64,000 nt of DNA, taken from positions 14,738-78,737 of the forward strand of contig DASPNW010000023.1 in assembly GCA_035626335.1 (NCBI GenBank). Reading direction: 5' to 3'. Position 1 is the stretch's first letter. Each line of letters starts with the position of its first letter. Made by a program: the position numbers and the translations under genes. The notes under the pieces were generated by a model, which saw nothing but the letters and a program-made list of their open reading frames with translations, ran no database searches and was not told the DNA's origin. The DNA comes from Pseudolabrys sp. (lineage in GTDB: Bacteria > Pseudomonadota > Alphaproteobacteria > Rhizobiales > Xanthobacteraceae). Shown here piece after piece: positions 26,851 to 35,571 of the stretch.

Positions 26851-27470
26851 TTCGCAGCCTCTTCCGATTTCAATGACACCGGCGCCGCACCGTAAAGCTT
26901 TTCCGATTCTGCTTGCGTCAGTAGCCGACCATCAGGCGAGAAAAGCGGATAGAACTTCAGCGAGCCGAAAAATGTGTGATACCCAAGATTGAACCCGATG
27001 AAGGCGCCAAGCTCGACAATCTCGTCATCGCTGTAATATTTACGCAATTCATCAAAAAACGCGGAATCGACCTTGTCTGGGTCGGTCGCCATCAATTCGC
27101 TGTAACGCAGGGCCAATTTATCGGCTTCAGAAAACCGGGCACTCGCGGCATAGTTGTCGATGCCTTCATCCAGCATCGCCTCGGAAAGTCCCTGTCGCTT
27201 CGCCGAAGCAGACCGAACATTCCCTCAATAACTGCACGCTGCCATGCGTGATAGCTGGACGCGGATTACTTCCTTTATCGTGTGCGGAATACGGCCCTTG
27301 TTGAAGCAGGCGTCCCACGCAACAAACATCGCTTCGCAAAGGTCGATATTGTGCCCCATGATCGCATGGAAGCCCGGATCCGGCGCGCGGTGTTCAAGGC
27401 ACTTGTCGATGTATGGCCGAAGCTTCGTTTTCCGAAGCTCCTCTATGTCCAGCATCGTGATGTTTGGCAT
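26847..27470 (-). CDS. AhpD/CMD-family selenoprotein candidate, 207 aa, Sec at residue 82 (TGA 27227-27225)
   Basis: The 81-aa and 109-aa ORFs are in frame across one TGA (RMAACSY-U-GNVRS); colinear with the downstream paralog; SECIS-like hairpin follows. Confidence 0.85.
27183..27224 (-). promoter_or_regulatory. Bacterial SECIS-like element
   Basis: 11 nt after UGA: GUC-(U bulge)-GCUUC-[GGC]-GAAGC-GAC; lower stem GGAA.GUUC/GGAC.UUCC. Confidence 0.8.
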
Positions 27471-27669
27471 GGCTTGTCCTCAGGAAGACCGGAGACCCTC
27501 GAGAAATACTAGGTCACGACCCGGCAAATGAGGCAAGCGAGAATCGCGCCTCCGAGAACAAGTGGGTAACTGCAATCAAGAGTTCGTAGTAGTGATATCT
27601 GCGCGCCCGTACCAATGCAGGTCAGTCGTGCTGTCCTAAGTGCGACGCGACCTTTAGGCCGAGACAGAT

Positions 27670-27706
27670 CAAAAGCGAACATCATCGGACGCTTGCGTGT
27701 TGTCCG
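27670..27706. repeat. Degenerate repeat remnant
   Basis: CAAAAGCGAACAT followed by CGGAC-N11-GTCCG. Confidence 0.4.
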
Positions 27707-27748
27707 CCTAGACGTCACGATCACGGTTGGCGTCCTGCGGGAGAGGCC

Positions 27749-28591
27749 ATGATTACCGTTCCCGAATTGGCGGCTGAGGCATTGGGGTCTCATCTTGCCG
27801 AGCACATGGGCCGCCGGTTTGGCTCGACAAATCCGGATTTAATTGAACTCGTCCAGTCTGCCGCCAGACTCGCCATCGACTGTATTGGCAACAGTGACGC
27901 GCTCTATCACAACGTCGAGCACACGATGCTAGTAACTCTCGTTGGCTACGATATTTTGCGCGGAAAAAGGCTCTTAATTGAGACGAATGCCAGCGATTTC
28001 GCGCACCTCATCGTCGCTTGCCTGTTTCACGACATTGGTTACGTGCGCGGCATCGTTAACGGCGACGGCGATGACGGCTACGTCGTTGACGTTAAAGGCA
28101 ACAAGATCACGCTGCCGCGCGGATCGTCCGACGCCGCACTGATGCCGTTTCACGTCGATCGGTCAAAGCTGTTCGTAATGGATCGTATGGCCAAGATGAA
28201 ATTACTCGATGCGACACGCGTCGCCACTGCCATCGAGTTCACACGTTTTCCATCATCTCACGAGATTGACGATGCTGACAGCGAAGAGGGCTCGCTGGTA
28301 CGCGCCGCCAATCTTATCGGCCAACTTGGCGACCCTCATTATCTCCGCAAGGCCAATGCCCTCTATCGCGAGTTCGAAGAAGTCGGGATGAACGGACAAC
28401 TCGGCTATACCTCGCCGATTGATATTACCGATCTCTATCCGCGGTTCTATTGGGACAGTGTATCGGCGCAGATCCAGAGCGCGATCCGATATCTCAACGT
28501 CACATCAAGCGGACGGCGGTGGATTGCAAATCTTTACAGCAATGTTTTTCGCGCCGAGCGTGAGCTAAATCTGAGAGGTCCACAACGCTAA
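27749..28591 (+). CDS. HD-domain metal-dependent phosphohydrolase (Npun_R2479-like)
   Basis: YHNVEHT, LFHDIGYVRG, RAANLIGQLGDP.YLRK.NALY.EF.E. Confidence 0.8.
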   Translation: MITVPELAAEALGSHLAEHMGRRFGSTNPDLIELVQSAARLAIDCIGNSDALYHNVEHTMLVTLVGYDILRGKRLLIETNASDFAHLIVACLFHDIGYVRGIVNGDGDDGYVVDVKGNKITLPRGSSDAALMPFHVDRSKLFVMDRMAKMKLLDATRVATAIEFTRFPSSHEIDDADSEEGSLVRAANLIGQLGDPHYLRKANALYREFEEVGMNGQLGYTSPIDITDLYPRFYWDSVSAQIQSAIRYLNVTSSGRRWIANLYSNVFRAERELNLRGPQR

Positions 28592-28650
28592 GCCTGCGAT
28601 TCACTGGACCTCGACAACGTTGCGCCGGCTGATTCGGTGTGAACCCGGCA

Positions 28651-29145
28651 TCACATCGGCAAAGGCCGCAGCCTGAGCGACGACAATCCGGCCACCACGT
28701 TCAGTGCGATCGAACCCTGAAGCGAAAGTGGCTGAAGCGCGATGGTGCGGTTGGAACCGCCAAGGAGGACGTTCGCGCCAGCGCCAAGCCCAACGCCGAC
28801 ATCAGCGGAAGCGCCGACATATTCCCCGGCGAGCGCGCCAGCGGGCAGTCCGGTGGTCGGCGCGAACACGGCCCAGCCCAATACACCACCAGCGCTGATA
28901 CCGATGTTCAGACCCACAGTGTTTATGGCGCCCGCGTAGGCTTCGGTTGGCAACGCTGTGTTCGGTGTGAAGAGGCACCGCATCGACTGGTAACCGACTA
29001 TGATAAAGCCAACATTCGGGTCGACTTGGCAAGAAAGCCCACCCACCTGCGTCCACGATTGCGGGGCCTGAGCCGCGGCCGGCATTGCGAGCGTCGCAGC
29101 CAAGACGAGCGTCGCGAGCAATGTTCGAGGGTAATGCATGATCAT
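28651..29145 (-). CDS. DUF992 domain exported protein
   Basis: GGLSCQV...MRCLFTP, GALAGEYVGASA, GANVLLGGSNRTIALQPLS. Confidence 0.85.
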   Translation of the reverse strand: MIMHYPRTLLATLVLAATLAMPAAAQAPQSWTQVGGLSCQVDPNVGFIIVGYQSMRCLFTPNTALPTEAYAGAINTVGLNIGISAGGVLGWAVFAPTTGLPAGALAGEYVGASADVGVGLGAGANVLLGGSNRTIALQPLSLQGSIALNVVAGLSSLRLRPLPM

Positions 29146-29206
29146 CCGATCCTTCTGTGCACGCTAATCATATGCTTCCGCATACGCGTCCTAAAAAACC
29201 ATCTCT

Positions 29207-29551
29207 CTATTTGGCGATTGATGGCAGAGGCCCAAACGGGTCTGTCGGAGCCTTTTCCTCAATTTTTGCCGCCTGCAGGCATGTAAGCAATTCAACATAA
29301 CCTGGAGCACCCCCCGTGGTCGTTATCTGAACGCAACGCGAAGCATCCGATTCCTTGAATTGCGCCCACAGTTTTGCAAGTTGATCACGCGCTGCCTGTT
29401 CGTCCTGCATGCATTTCGCCGGTGTTTCCACCGCACCTGATGCCCGGCAGGTGGTTGTGATGTCGAATTTTGGCATCGCTCTTTCAGCGGCTACGGCTAT
29501 TTGCGAACCGAGAACGCTGACACATATTGAAAGCGGGATTTTAGATTTCAT
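29207..29551 (-). CDS. Small secreted Cys-rich hypothetical protein
   Basis: Signal peptide; CMQDEQAARDQLAKLW...RC...YVELLTCL. Confidence 0.7.
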   Translation of the reverse strand: MKSKIPLSICVSVLGSQIAVAAERAMPKFDITTTCRASGAVETPAKCMQDEQAARDQLAKLWAQFKESDASRCVQITTTGGAPGYVELLTCLQAAKIEEKAPTDPFGPLPSIAK

Positions 29552-29671
29552 GTGACGCTCGCTCTACGCCCCTTAACCAGCCGGATCTGTCTTCGCTACC
29601 TTAGAGTGCGGAAAGTAGTGAAATGTACGAACTATTTCGCCCGTACCGCAAGTAATATTGGTCAACATTGA

Positions 29672-30502
29672 TTATTGCGCGAATTTAAACAGGCGATTGG
29701 GGGTGTCCCAGAAAAGCTTGCGCCGATCGCTGGAATTCGGAAACAACTGACCGGCTAATTCAACCAGAGGCCCATAATCCTGCCGTTCCGGGGCGCGCAG
29801 ATAAGGCCAGTCCGACGCCCACATACAGTGATCAAGCGTGAACGCGTCGACAAGCGTTCGGACAAACGGCCAGCAATCCTGGAATGGATAAGATCCCTTG
29901 GTAAATTTCAAATAGCCGGAAATCTTTACGTTCACGCGTCCGGTCTTGGCCAATCGCAGCATGGCCTGAAATGCCGGCTGGTGAAATCCGGCTGGCGGCG
30001 TCGGCCGGCCGACATGGTCGATCAGGACTTTTACCGGAATCCTTTCGATCCACGGTGCGAACATTAACAGTTGATCATTCTCCACTTGGAGATTGAAGAA
30101 CATGTCGAGATCGGCAAGCCGTTTCATCAAGCTGTCGGCTTGCTCGTAATATTCGTTGCCATGAAAGGTCGGATTGATCGCTGCTCCGACGATTCCTTGA
30201 GTCTGGAATTCCTTTAGCGTCGCGACGTTGGCCTGAAGATCAATGATGGCGATACCCTTGAAGCGGCCCTTACCTTTCGCGATCGCATCGAGCATGCAGG
30301 AATTGTCGCTGCCATATCCGGAGTTCGGCTGCACCAGAAGCGCATGCTTGACCCCATAGGTTTTCATGACCTGAGTTAATTGCGCCGTCGTACCAATTTC
30401 CTGCCCGGCGGGCTTGTAGGCGATGTCTCTGCCATACGGAAAATTCGCCGGATCCAGCACATGCGCGTGGCAGTCGATCTTGGGTTCGTCGAAAATATGC
30501 AT
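29672..30502 (-). CDS. Amidohydrolase_2 family (LigI-like lactonase)
   Basis: IDCHAHV, LVQPNSGYG.DNS, IDHVGRP, VKISG, WASDWP. Confidence 0.85.
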   Translation of the reverse strand: MHIFDEPKIDCHAHVLDPANFPYGRDIAYKPAGQEIGTTAQLTQVMKTYGVKHALLVQPNSGYGSDNSCMLDAIAKGKGRFKGIAIIDLQANVATLKEFQTQGIVGAAINPTFHGNEYYEQADSLMKRLADLDMFFNLQVENDQLLMFAPWIERIPVKVLIDHVGRPTPPAGFHQPAFQAMLRLAKTGRVNVKISGYLKFTKGSYPFQDCWPFVRTLVDAFTLDHCMWASDWPYLRAPERQDYGPLVELAGQLFPNSSDRRKLFWDTPNRLFKFAQ

Positions 30503-30635
30503 CGCGTTGATGCGACCCGCCTTGAAAGACCGGATACGTTCAGGCGTGAGGATGCCCAGCACGGTCTGTTTCGGCAAGACAAAAGCCACGATTAGGCGTT
30601 CGATGCGCTAGGCGAGCAATTCGGACCGGACAAAC

Positions 30636-31523
30636 TCAACCGAGAGAGTGCGTGCATCCGTCGAATAGCTCATCGACAGAAAACTTTCGCGGGATCAGCT
30701 TCTGGCGAAAGCTGTAATCGATGATCATCTTAAGCGAGCCGCGATTGGCCTCGACCCCGAAACGCCACGGATCGAAGAGACTTCCGTCTGGCGGCGGCGG
30801 CGCCGCGCGCCGGCACTCGTGCAGCATTCGGTAAATCTCTCTTACGAGATCGGGCCGCGATTTTGAGATGGTATCTCGAATTACCATCATATGGTTGATG
30901 GGAATCCCTTCGTGCGTTTCTGCCCACCGGTGCGCCACTGCGTCGGCGTCGGGAATAAGGTGCGCCAGCCGCGGATCAGGCAATTTGTCTCCGACAATCG
31001 CGGCATCGAGATCGCCGTCAAGAAGCATCTGTACCAATGTTTTACCCTCAGGTGCGCGTGTAACGAAATCGGGGTCCTTGAACTCGGCGAGGTGCGGATC
31101 CTCAAATGTGACCCAGCGGACAGTCGCGGGATCGACGCCGTAGTCATCATTGAGAAAACCGCGCACCCAGGCGCCCGTCGTCTGCGTATAGGCGCGAACA
31201 CCGACCCGCTTGCCCTTAAGATCGGACGCACTTAGCGGGCCGCGCTGTGGATTGTAAGCGATCGTGTGGTGCTGACCGCGGCCGAGCACTGTTGCTGGAA
31301 TAAGCACATAAGGCTTGCCGTAGGCCTTCGCCTGCAAATAGGTAACGATCGCCAATTCACCGACATCAAACTTGGCGTCGCGCACAAGCGGCTTGAAGGC
31401 CGTGTTCGAAACCTTCACGTCGGCAAAGTCAAAGTCGACAAGACTGGACGACACTTTTCCTTTTTTGAGTGCCATCGTGTTCGGATAATCTCCAAGCAAA
31501 GTGTACAACTTGGCTTTTTCCAC
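30636..31523 (-). CDS. 4,5-dihydroxyphthalate decarboxylase-like protein (PBP fold)
   Basis: LGDYPNTMALKKG, FDVGELAIVTYLQAKAYGKP, RVGVRAYTQTTGAWVRG, PINHMMVI. Confidence 0.75.
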   Translation of the reverse strand: MEKAKLYTLLGDYPNTMALKKGKVSSSLVDFDFADVKVSNTAFKPLVRDAKFDVGELAIVTYLQAKAYGKPYVLIPATVLGRGQHHTIAYNPQRGPLSASDLKGKRVGVRAYTQTTGAWVRGFLNDDYGVDPATVRWVTFEDPHLAEFKDPDFVTRAPEGKTLVQMLLDGDLDAAIVGDKLPDPRLAHLIPDADAVAHRWAETHEGIPINHMMVIRDTISKSRPDLVREIYRMLHECRRAAPPPPDGSLFDPWRFGVEANRGSLKMIIDYSFRQKLIPRKFSVDELFDGCTHSLG

Positions 31524-31538
31524 GGTCGTCGCTTCTCC

Positions 31539-32393
31539 TCAATTCGCGAGCATCGGGTAGAGTGTCAGCGCAGTCTTGGCAAAGATGCAATCCTGATCGG
31601 CATTCGATAGGCTGGTCAGCGATTGTCGTGCCGTGGCCAAGAGCTGCGGCAGGCTACCTTCGCTGGAAGGGTAGTTCGATCCCCACGCCAGCCGCGACGC
31701 GCCGAACTCGGAAACGAGGCGCGGAAAAAACGTTTCCGGCGTGGCCTTGCCGCGCCGGGATTCGGCGAAAATGCGCGGCGTAAGCTTGAGGTAGATATTG
31801 GGGTAGCTCGCCAGGGCGAACAGGCCGGCGGCAGCACGGTAAGGCGGCCCGTCGGCCAGGTCGGGCCGGGCGCAATGATCGAGAATAATGTACACCTTTG
31901 GAAACCGTTCGGCCATGCGTGTCGCCTGCGAAATGGCCTTCGCTGACATTTGCAGGCAGATTGAAAGTCCAAGTTCACTTGCACACGACCAGGCGGGATA
32001 AGACTTCGGATCATCGAGCCAGTTGGCTTGCTCGGACATGGTGCTGCCGAAAGTGAAAAGGCGCATGCCAGTTAAGCCCTTGGCGCGCCAGTGGCGCATA
32101 AGTCGCGGCGCATCGTCCGCGAGCACGTCGACGGAGAACACGCCGGTGAACCGCTTTGGATAGGCGGAAACCGCGTCCGCGACATAGGAGTTGTCGTGCC
32201 CGTAACAGGTCGAGGCTTGCACGATCGCAGCCTTCTGCACGCCGGCCGTGTCCATCGCGGCAATCAATTGTTCCAGCGTGACGGGCCGCGTACGCGACCA
32301 GTCGGATTGGTGGCCGCCGAGCGGCGCCAAAGGGTAACGGGCGGCGTCGCCGGAGATGATGTGCGGATGGATATCGATGGCGGTCATTGACAT
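31539..32393 (-). CDS. Amidohydrolase_2 family protein
   Basis: IDIHPHI, VQASTCYGHDNSY, LDHCARP, WGSNYP. Confidence 0.85.
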   Translation of the reverse strand: MSMTAIDIHPHIISGDAARYPLAPLGGHQSDWSRTRPVTLEQLIAAMDTAGVQKAAIVQASTCYGHDNSYVADAVSAYPKRFTGVFSVDVLADDAPRLMRHWRAKGLTGMRLFTFGSTMSEQANWLDDPKSYPAWSCASELGLSICLQMSAKAISQATRMAERFPKVYIILDHCARPDLADGPPYRAAAGLFALASYPNIYLKLTPRIFAESRRGKATPETFFPRLVSEFGASRLAWGSNYPSSEGSLPQLLATARQSLTSLSNADQDCIFAKTALTLYPMLAN

Positions 32394-32555
32394 GGTGGCT
32401 GTCTTCCGTAGAGCAGTGGGTCGCCATCGTAAAGCTGCATCATTGACAGCCGGCAGGGAAATACGGGCGCGGATACTCGGATCCGGCTTCGACTCAACGC
32501 GTTAAAAGGATAGTGTTACGCAGCCTTCCTAATCGCCAAGCCAGCGCGTCTCGCC

Positions 32556-33581
32556 GTGAACGAAAAAATGCCCCCCTTTGTCATCCTCACCGCGAAGTAT
32601 TTCATGCAGTGTACAACATCGGCTCTTTGGGCAATGTCACTCGCCCTCGCTGTCGCGACGACTTTCGCGCCGGTACGGGCCGACACTTATCCGTCGAAGC
32701 CGGTGCGCATCATTGTGCCCTACGGCCCCGGTGGCATCGCCGACGTGACCATGCGACTTGTGGCGCAAGATCTCAGTAAACGTTTCGGCCAACAATTCTT
32801 TATTGAAAACCGGCCGGGCGCCGGTGGCGTTGTCGGCATGCAGTCGGCTCGGGACGCCCCGGCCGACGGATACACTCTTGTCATGGTCGGCGGCGGCCTC
32901 ACGATAGCAAAAGCGTTATTCAAGTCCTTGCCTTACAACATTGAAACTGATTTCACTCCGATCTCGACGACAGCATCATACGGGCTTGTTATCACGACGA
33001 AAGCCGGATCACCGTACCAAACGATCAAGGACGTGATCGCTGACGCCAAAGCCCACCCCGGCACGCTGAACTTTGGCACCATCAATGCCGGTAGTGCGCA
33101 AAACCTTTCCGCCGAGCTCTTTCGGACCATAGCCAATCTCGATGTCACGATCGTTCCATACAAGACGACGCCGGATCTGGCGAACGCCGTATTACGTGGC
33201 GACGTTGACGTCGCTTTCGAATATTTTGTCGGATTCCAATCGCCTATCGCCAGCAGCCAGATGGTCGTCCTCGCCACCACCGCGCGCGGGCGCGCGAGTA
33301 ACCTGCCAAATGTTCCGACTGTGATCGAAAGCGGTTTACCTGGTTATGAGGTGACGAGCTGGAATGGGCTCGCTGTACCCAAGGGAACGCCGTCTGACAT
33401 TGTCACCGAGCTCAACCGCGCCGTGGGTGAAGCACTTGAGTCTCCCGAGATACAAAAGTTTTCAAACGCTGCCGGGATGGATGCGCGCGGAATGTCGTCC
33501 GATGACTTGCATCAGCGCATCAAAAGTGACGTCGCCAAATGGTCGCAGGTGATCGAGGCAGCGGGCATTAAGAAGCGATAG
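32556..33581 (+). CDS. Tripartite tricarboxylate transporter SBP (Bug/TctC)
   Basis: YPSKPVRIIVPYGPGG, IENRPGAGG, PADGYTL, SWNGLAVPKGTP. Confidence 0.9.
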   Translation: MNEKMPPFVILTAKYFMQCTTSALWAMSLALAVATTFAPVRADTYPSKPVRIIVPYGPGGIADVTMRLVAQDLSKRFGQQFFIENRPGAGGVVGMQSARDAPADGYTLVMVGGGLTIAKALFKSLPYNIETDFTPISTTASYGLVITTKAGSPYQTIKDVIADAKAHPGTLNFGTINAGSAQNLSAELFRTIANLDVTIVPYKTTPDLANAVLRGDVDVAFEYFVGFQSPIASSQMVVLATTARGRASNLPNVPTVIESGLPGYEVTSWNGLAVPKGTPSDIVTELNRAVGEALESPEIQKFSNAAGMDARGMSSDDLHQRIKSDVAKWSQVIEAAGIKKR

Positions 33582-33624
33582 TGGAATGTCCGCTTCATAA
33601 TCCTGTTTGATTTTGAGTCTACCG

Positions 33625-34374
33625 CTAGCCCGGCTCCATGCCACGTTTTTTGAAAGCTGCGCCTGCTTCGGGGCTAGTCAGAAATTGGACCAGCGCCGCG
33701 GCCGCCTCAGCCTCCTTGCCGCCAACGATGATGCCGCTCGAGAACACGGTAGTCTGTTGCACCTCGGCCGGCAGCGGGCCGACATAGTCGACGCCGGGAA
33801 ATTCCGCAAGTTCGCTGACCTGCTGGAATCCGATCTCGACGTCGCGGTTGGCAATGATGGTGCCGACGAATACACCGGTCGGGGTCTGCTTGAGCTTGTC
33901 TTTGACCTGGTCAGCCACACCAAGCTTCTCGAACAGGCTGATGAGGTAAACGCCGCTCGGGCCGGTCGAATATCCGATGGACTTGGCGGCCAGCAAAGTT
34001 TTCTTGAGCGCCTCGACGCTGCCGATATCGGGCTTGGGAGCCCCCTTCGGGACACCAACTGCTACGCCAGATTTGGCGATATCGACACGACTGCCAGCCA
34101 CAACCTTGCCGGCTTTGATCTGCGCATCGATCGCCGGCCCGGCCATAATGATCATGTCGTAACTTTCGCCAGCCGCAAGCCGCTTCTGCACATCCAGCGT
34201 GCCGCTAAAAATGGTCGTGACTTTGTGACCGGTGGCCATTTCGAATTGCGGAGCCAGTTCGCGGTAGGTCCCCTCGGTTGCCTGAGTGGATAAAACCTTG
34301 ATTTCGGCGGCATTGGTAATGTCAGGCTGCATGAGCGTCACCGTCGTGCCAACAACAAGCAAAAGACCTTTCAT
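33625..34374 (-). CDS. ModA-like substrate-binding protein, orphan
   Basis: FEMATGHKV, SGVAVGV, YSTGPSG, EIGFQQVSEL, VGPLPAEVQ. Confidence 0.8.
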   Translation of the reverse strand: MKGLLLVVGTTVTLMQPDITNAAEIKVLSTQATEGTYRELAPQFEMATGHKVTTIFSGTLDVQKRLAAGESYDMIIMAGPAIDAQIKAGKVVAGSRVDIAKSGVAVGVPKGAPKPDIGSVEALKKTLLAAKSIGYSTGPSGVYLISLFEKLGVADQVKDKLKQTPTGVFVGTIIANRDVEIGFQQVSELAEFPGVDYVGPLPAEVQQTTVFSSGIIVGGKEAEAAAALVQFLTSPEAGAAFKKRGMEPG

Positions 34375-34491
34375 GTATTCCCCCTATGCACCTAAACAGA
34401 CAATCCCACATGAGTTTGGTTGCCGCGCGTAAAGCTGCTCCTATTCAGCGATGACGACAAGTAGTGGCCGCAACCACACCACCGGAACGCG

Positions 34492-34507
34492 TTAAAATGT
34501 GCTTACC
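34492..34507 (+). promoter_or_regulatory. CtrA-like motif, identical copy at 56111-56126
   Basis: TTAAAATGTGCTTACC = TTAA-N7-TTAC. Confidence 0.4.
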
Positions 34508-34602
34508 AAAATCTCCTGGACTGTGGCCGGCTGATTAGTCGGCAACGAAGGGCTTACCGCTATAGCTGCGTCGCCTCGACCCGGATCTTGGAGATTGATC
34601 CG

Positions 34603-34728
34603 ATGCGCGGATTTCTTTGGCTTCTCGTATTGTCTGGCTTAGCGCTTTGGCTGGACGATACTTATTGTAGCGGTCAATACACGCAGACTGCCATTCAAAT
34701 CGTCAACGAAATGACCCTCCATATGTAG
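34603..34728 (+). CDS. 41-aa membrane or secreted small protein (not in ORF track)
   Basis: RBS GGAGA; MRGFLWLLVLSGLALWLDDTYCSGQYTQ... Confidence 0.5.
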   Translation: MRGFLWLLVLSGLALWLDDTYCSGQYTQTAIQIVNEMTLHM

Positions 34729-34947
34729 CCGTCCGCCAACGGTCATATTGTCGGCGGGCGTCGACTAACTTCACTCGATCATCATCTCCGTGGTGCGTCC
34801 GCGCGGATCTCGAAAACGCGGCAACATTTTGCGGCACGTGGTCTGATTATACCGTCTTGATTGTGAGGATAACTGCAATTCTGACAAAATCCGGACAAGA
34901 ATTTTCTCGGTAATTCGCTCGGGCTAATTGGGACTGGGGGAAGTCAA

Positions 34948-35196
34948 GTGAACAGCGTATATCAGCTGCCACGGCGATTGCCTGTGGGGACGAAGTATAT
35001 TGTCGAAAGCTGCGGGGAATTCGTAAGGCGGTTTGTGGAGCTACCCAACGGCGCCAGAATTCCGCTGCGACAACGAAAAGCTCCGAGGGTGCATTTGCAC
35101 CGAAGTGGTCAGCGTCTTACCAGATCCACATTATCCCCAGTAGCGGGGCCTCGCGGCGCGCGGGGTAGCCAAAAGACCAAACGCGCGACCGACTGA
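34948..35196 (+). CDS. Small hypothetical protein
   Basis: LPRRLPVGTKYIVES...RFVELPNG; GGGGGAAG before the GTG start. Confidence 0.5.
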   Translation: MNSVYQLPRRLPVGTKYIVESCGEFVRRFVELPNGARIPLRQRKAPRVHLHRSGQRLTRSTLSPVAGPRGARGSQKTKRATD

Positions 35197-35227
35197 TAAC
35201 GCCCGACTTGTATTTGCGATCGTCAGC

Positions 35228-35241
35228 TTGATCTGAATCAA
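35228..35241. promoter_or_regulatory. FNR/FixK box
   Basis: Perfect TTGAT-CTGA-ATCAA; -10-like TATGCT at 35263-35268. Confidence 0.7.
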
Positions 35242-35274
35242 TCGCTCGCAGGTCAGCGTAGCTATGCTGAATAA

Positions 35275-35544
35275 ATGAGCGGGCGTATTGGCCTCCCAAA
35301 GTCTGGCCTCGTCGGCGGCATCTTATTAGGTGGCTGTCATTTGTGCTGGGCGGCACTGGTCGCATCGGGATGGGCCCAACCGGTCATCGATTTCATTCTC
35401 TGGATACATTTCATCAAGCCAGTTTACGTTATCGAGCCATTCTCGGTCGCAATAGCGGTCATTCTGGTCACCGTGACCGCCGCTATTGGCTTTATGATCG
35501 GGTCGATATTTGCGTTGGCCTGGAATGCGCTCCATAAGGCATGA
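35275..35544 (+). CDS. Small two-TM membrane protein, probably leaderless
   Basis: HLCWAALVASGWAQPVIDFILWIHFIKPVYVIEPF; no SD before ATG. Confidence 0.75.
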   Translation: MSGRIGLPKSGLVGGILLGGCHLCWAALVASGWAQPVIDFILWIHFIKPVYVIEPFSVAIAVILVTVTAAIGFMIGSIFALAWNALHKA

Positions 35545-35571
35545 GCGCGGCTGCCAGACGTCCTCATTTTA

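Noticed and set aside
27225-27227. Calling the CMD gene a simple nonsense pseudogene
   Set aside because: The stop falls exactly on the second Cys of CxxC and is followed by a correctly spaced SECIS-like hairpin; both halves are otherwise intact.
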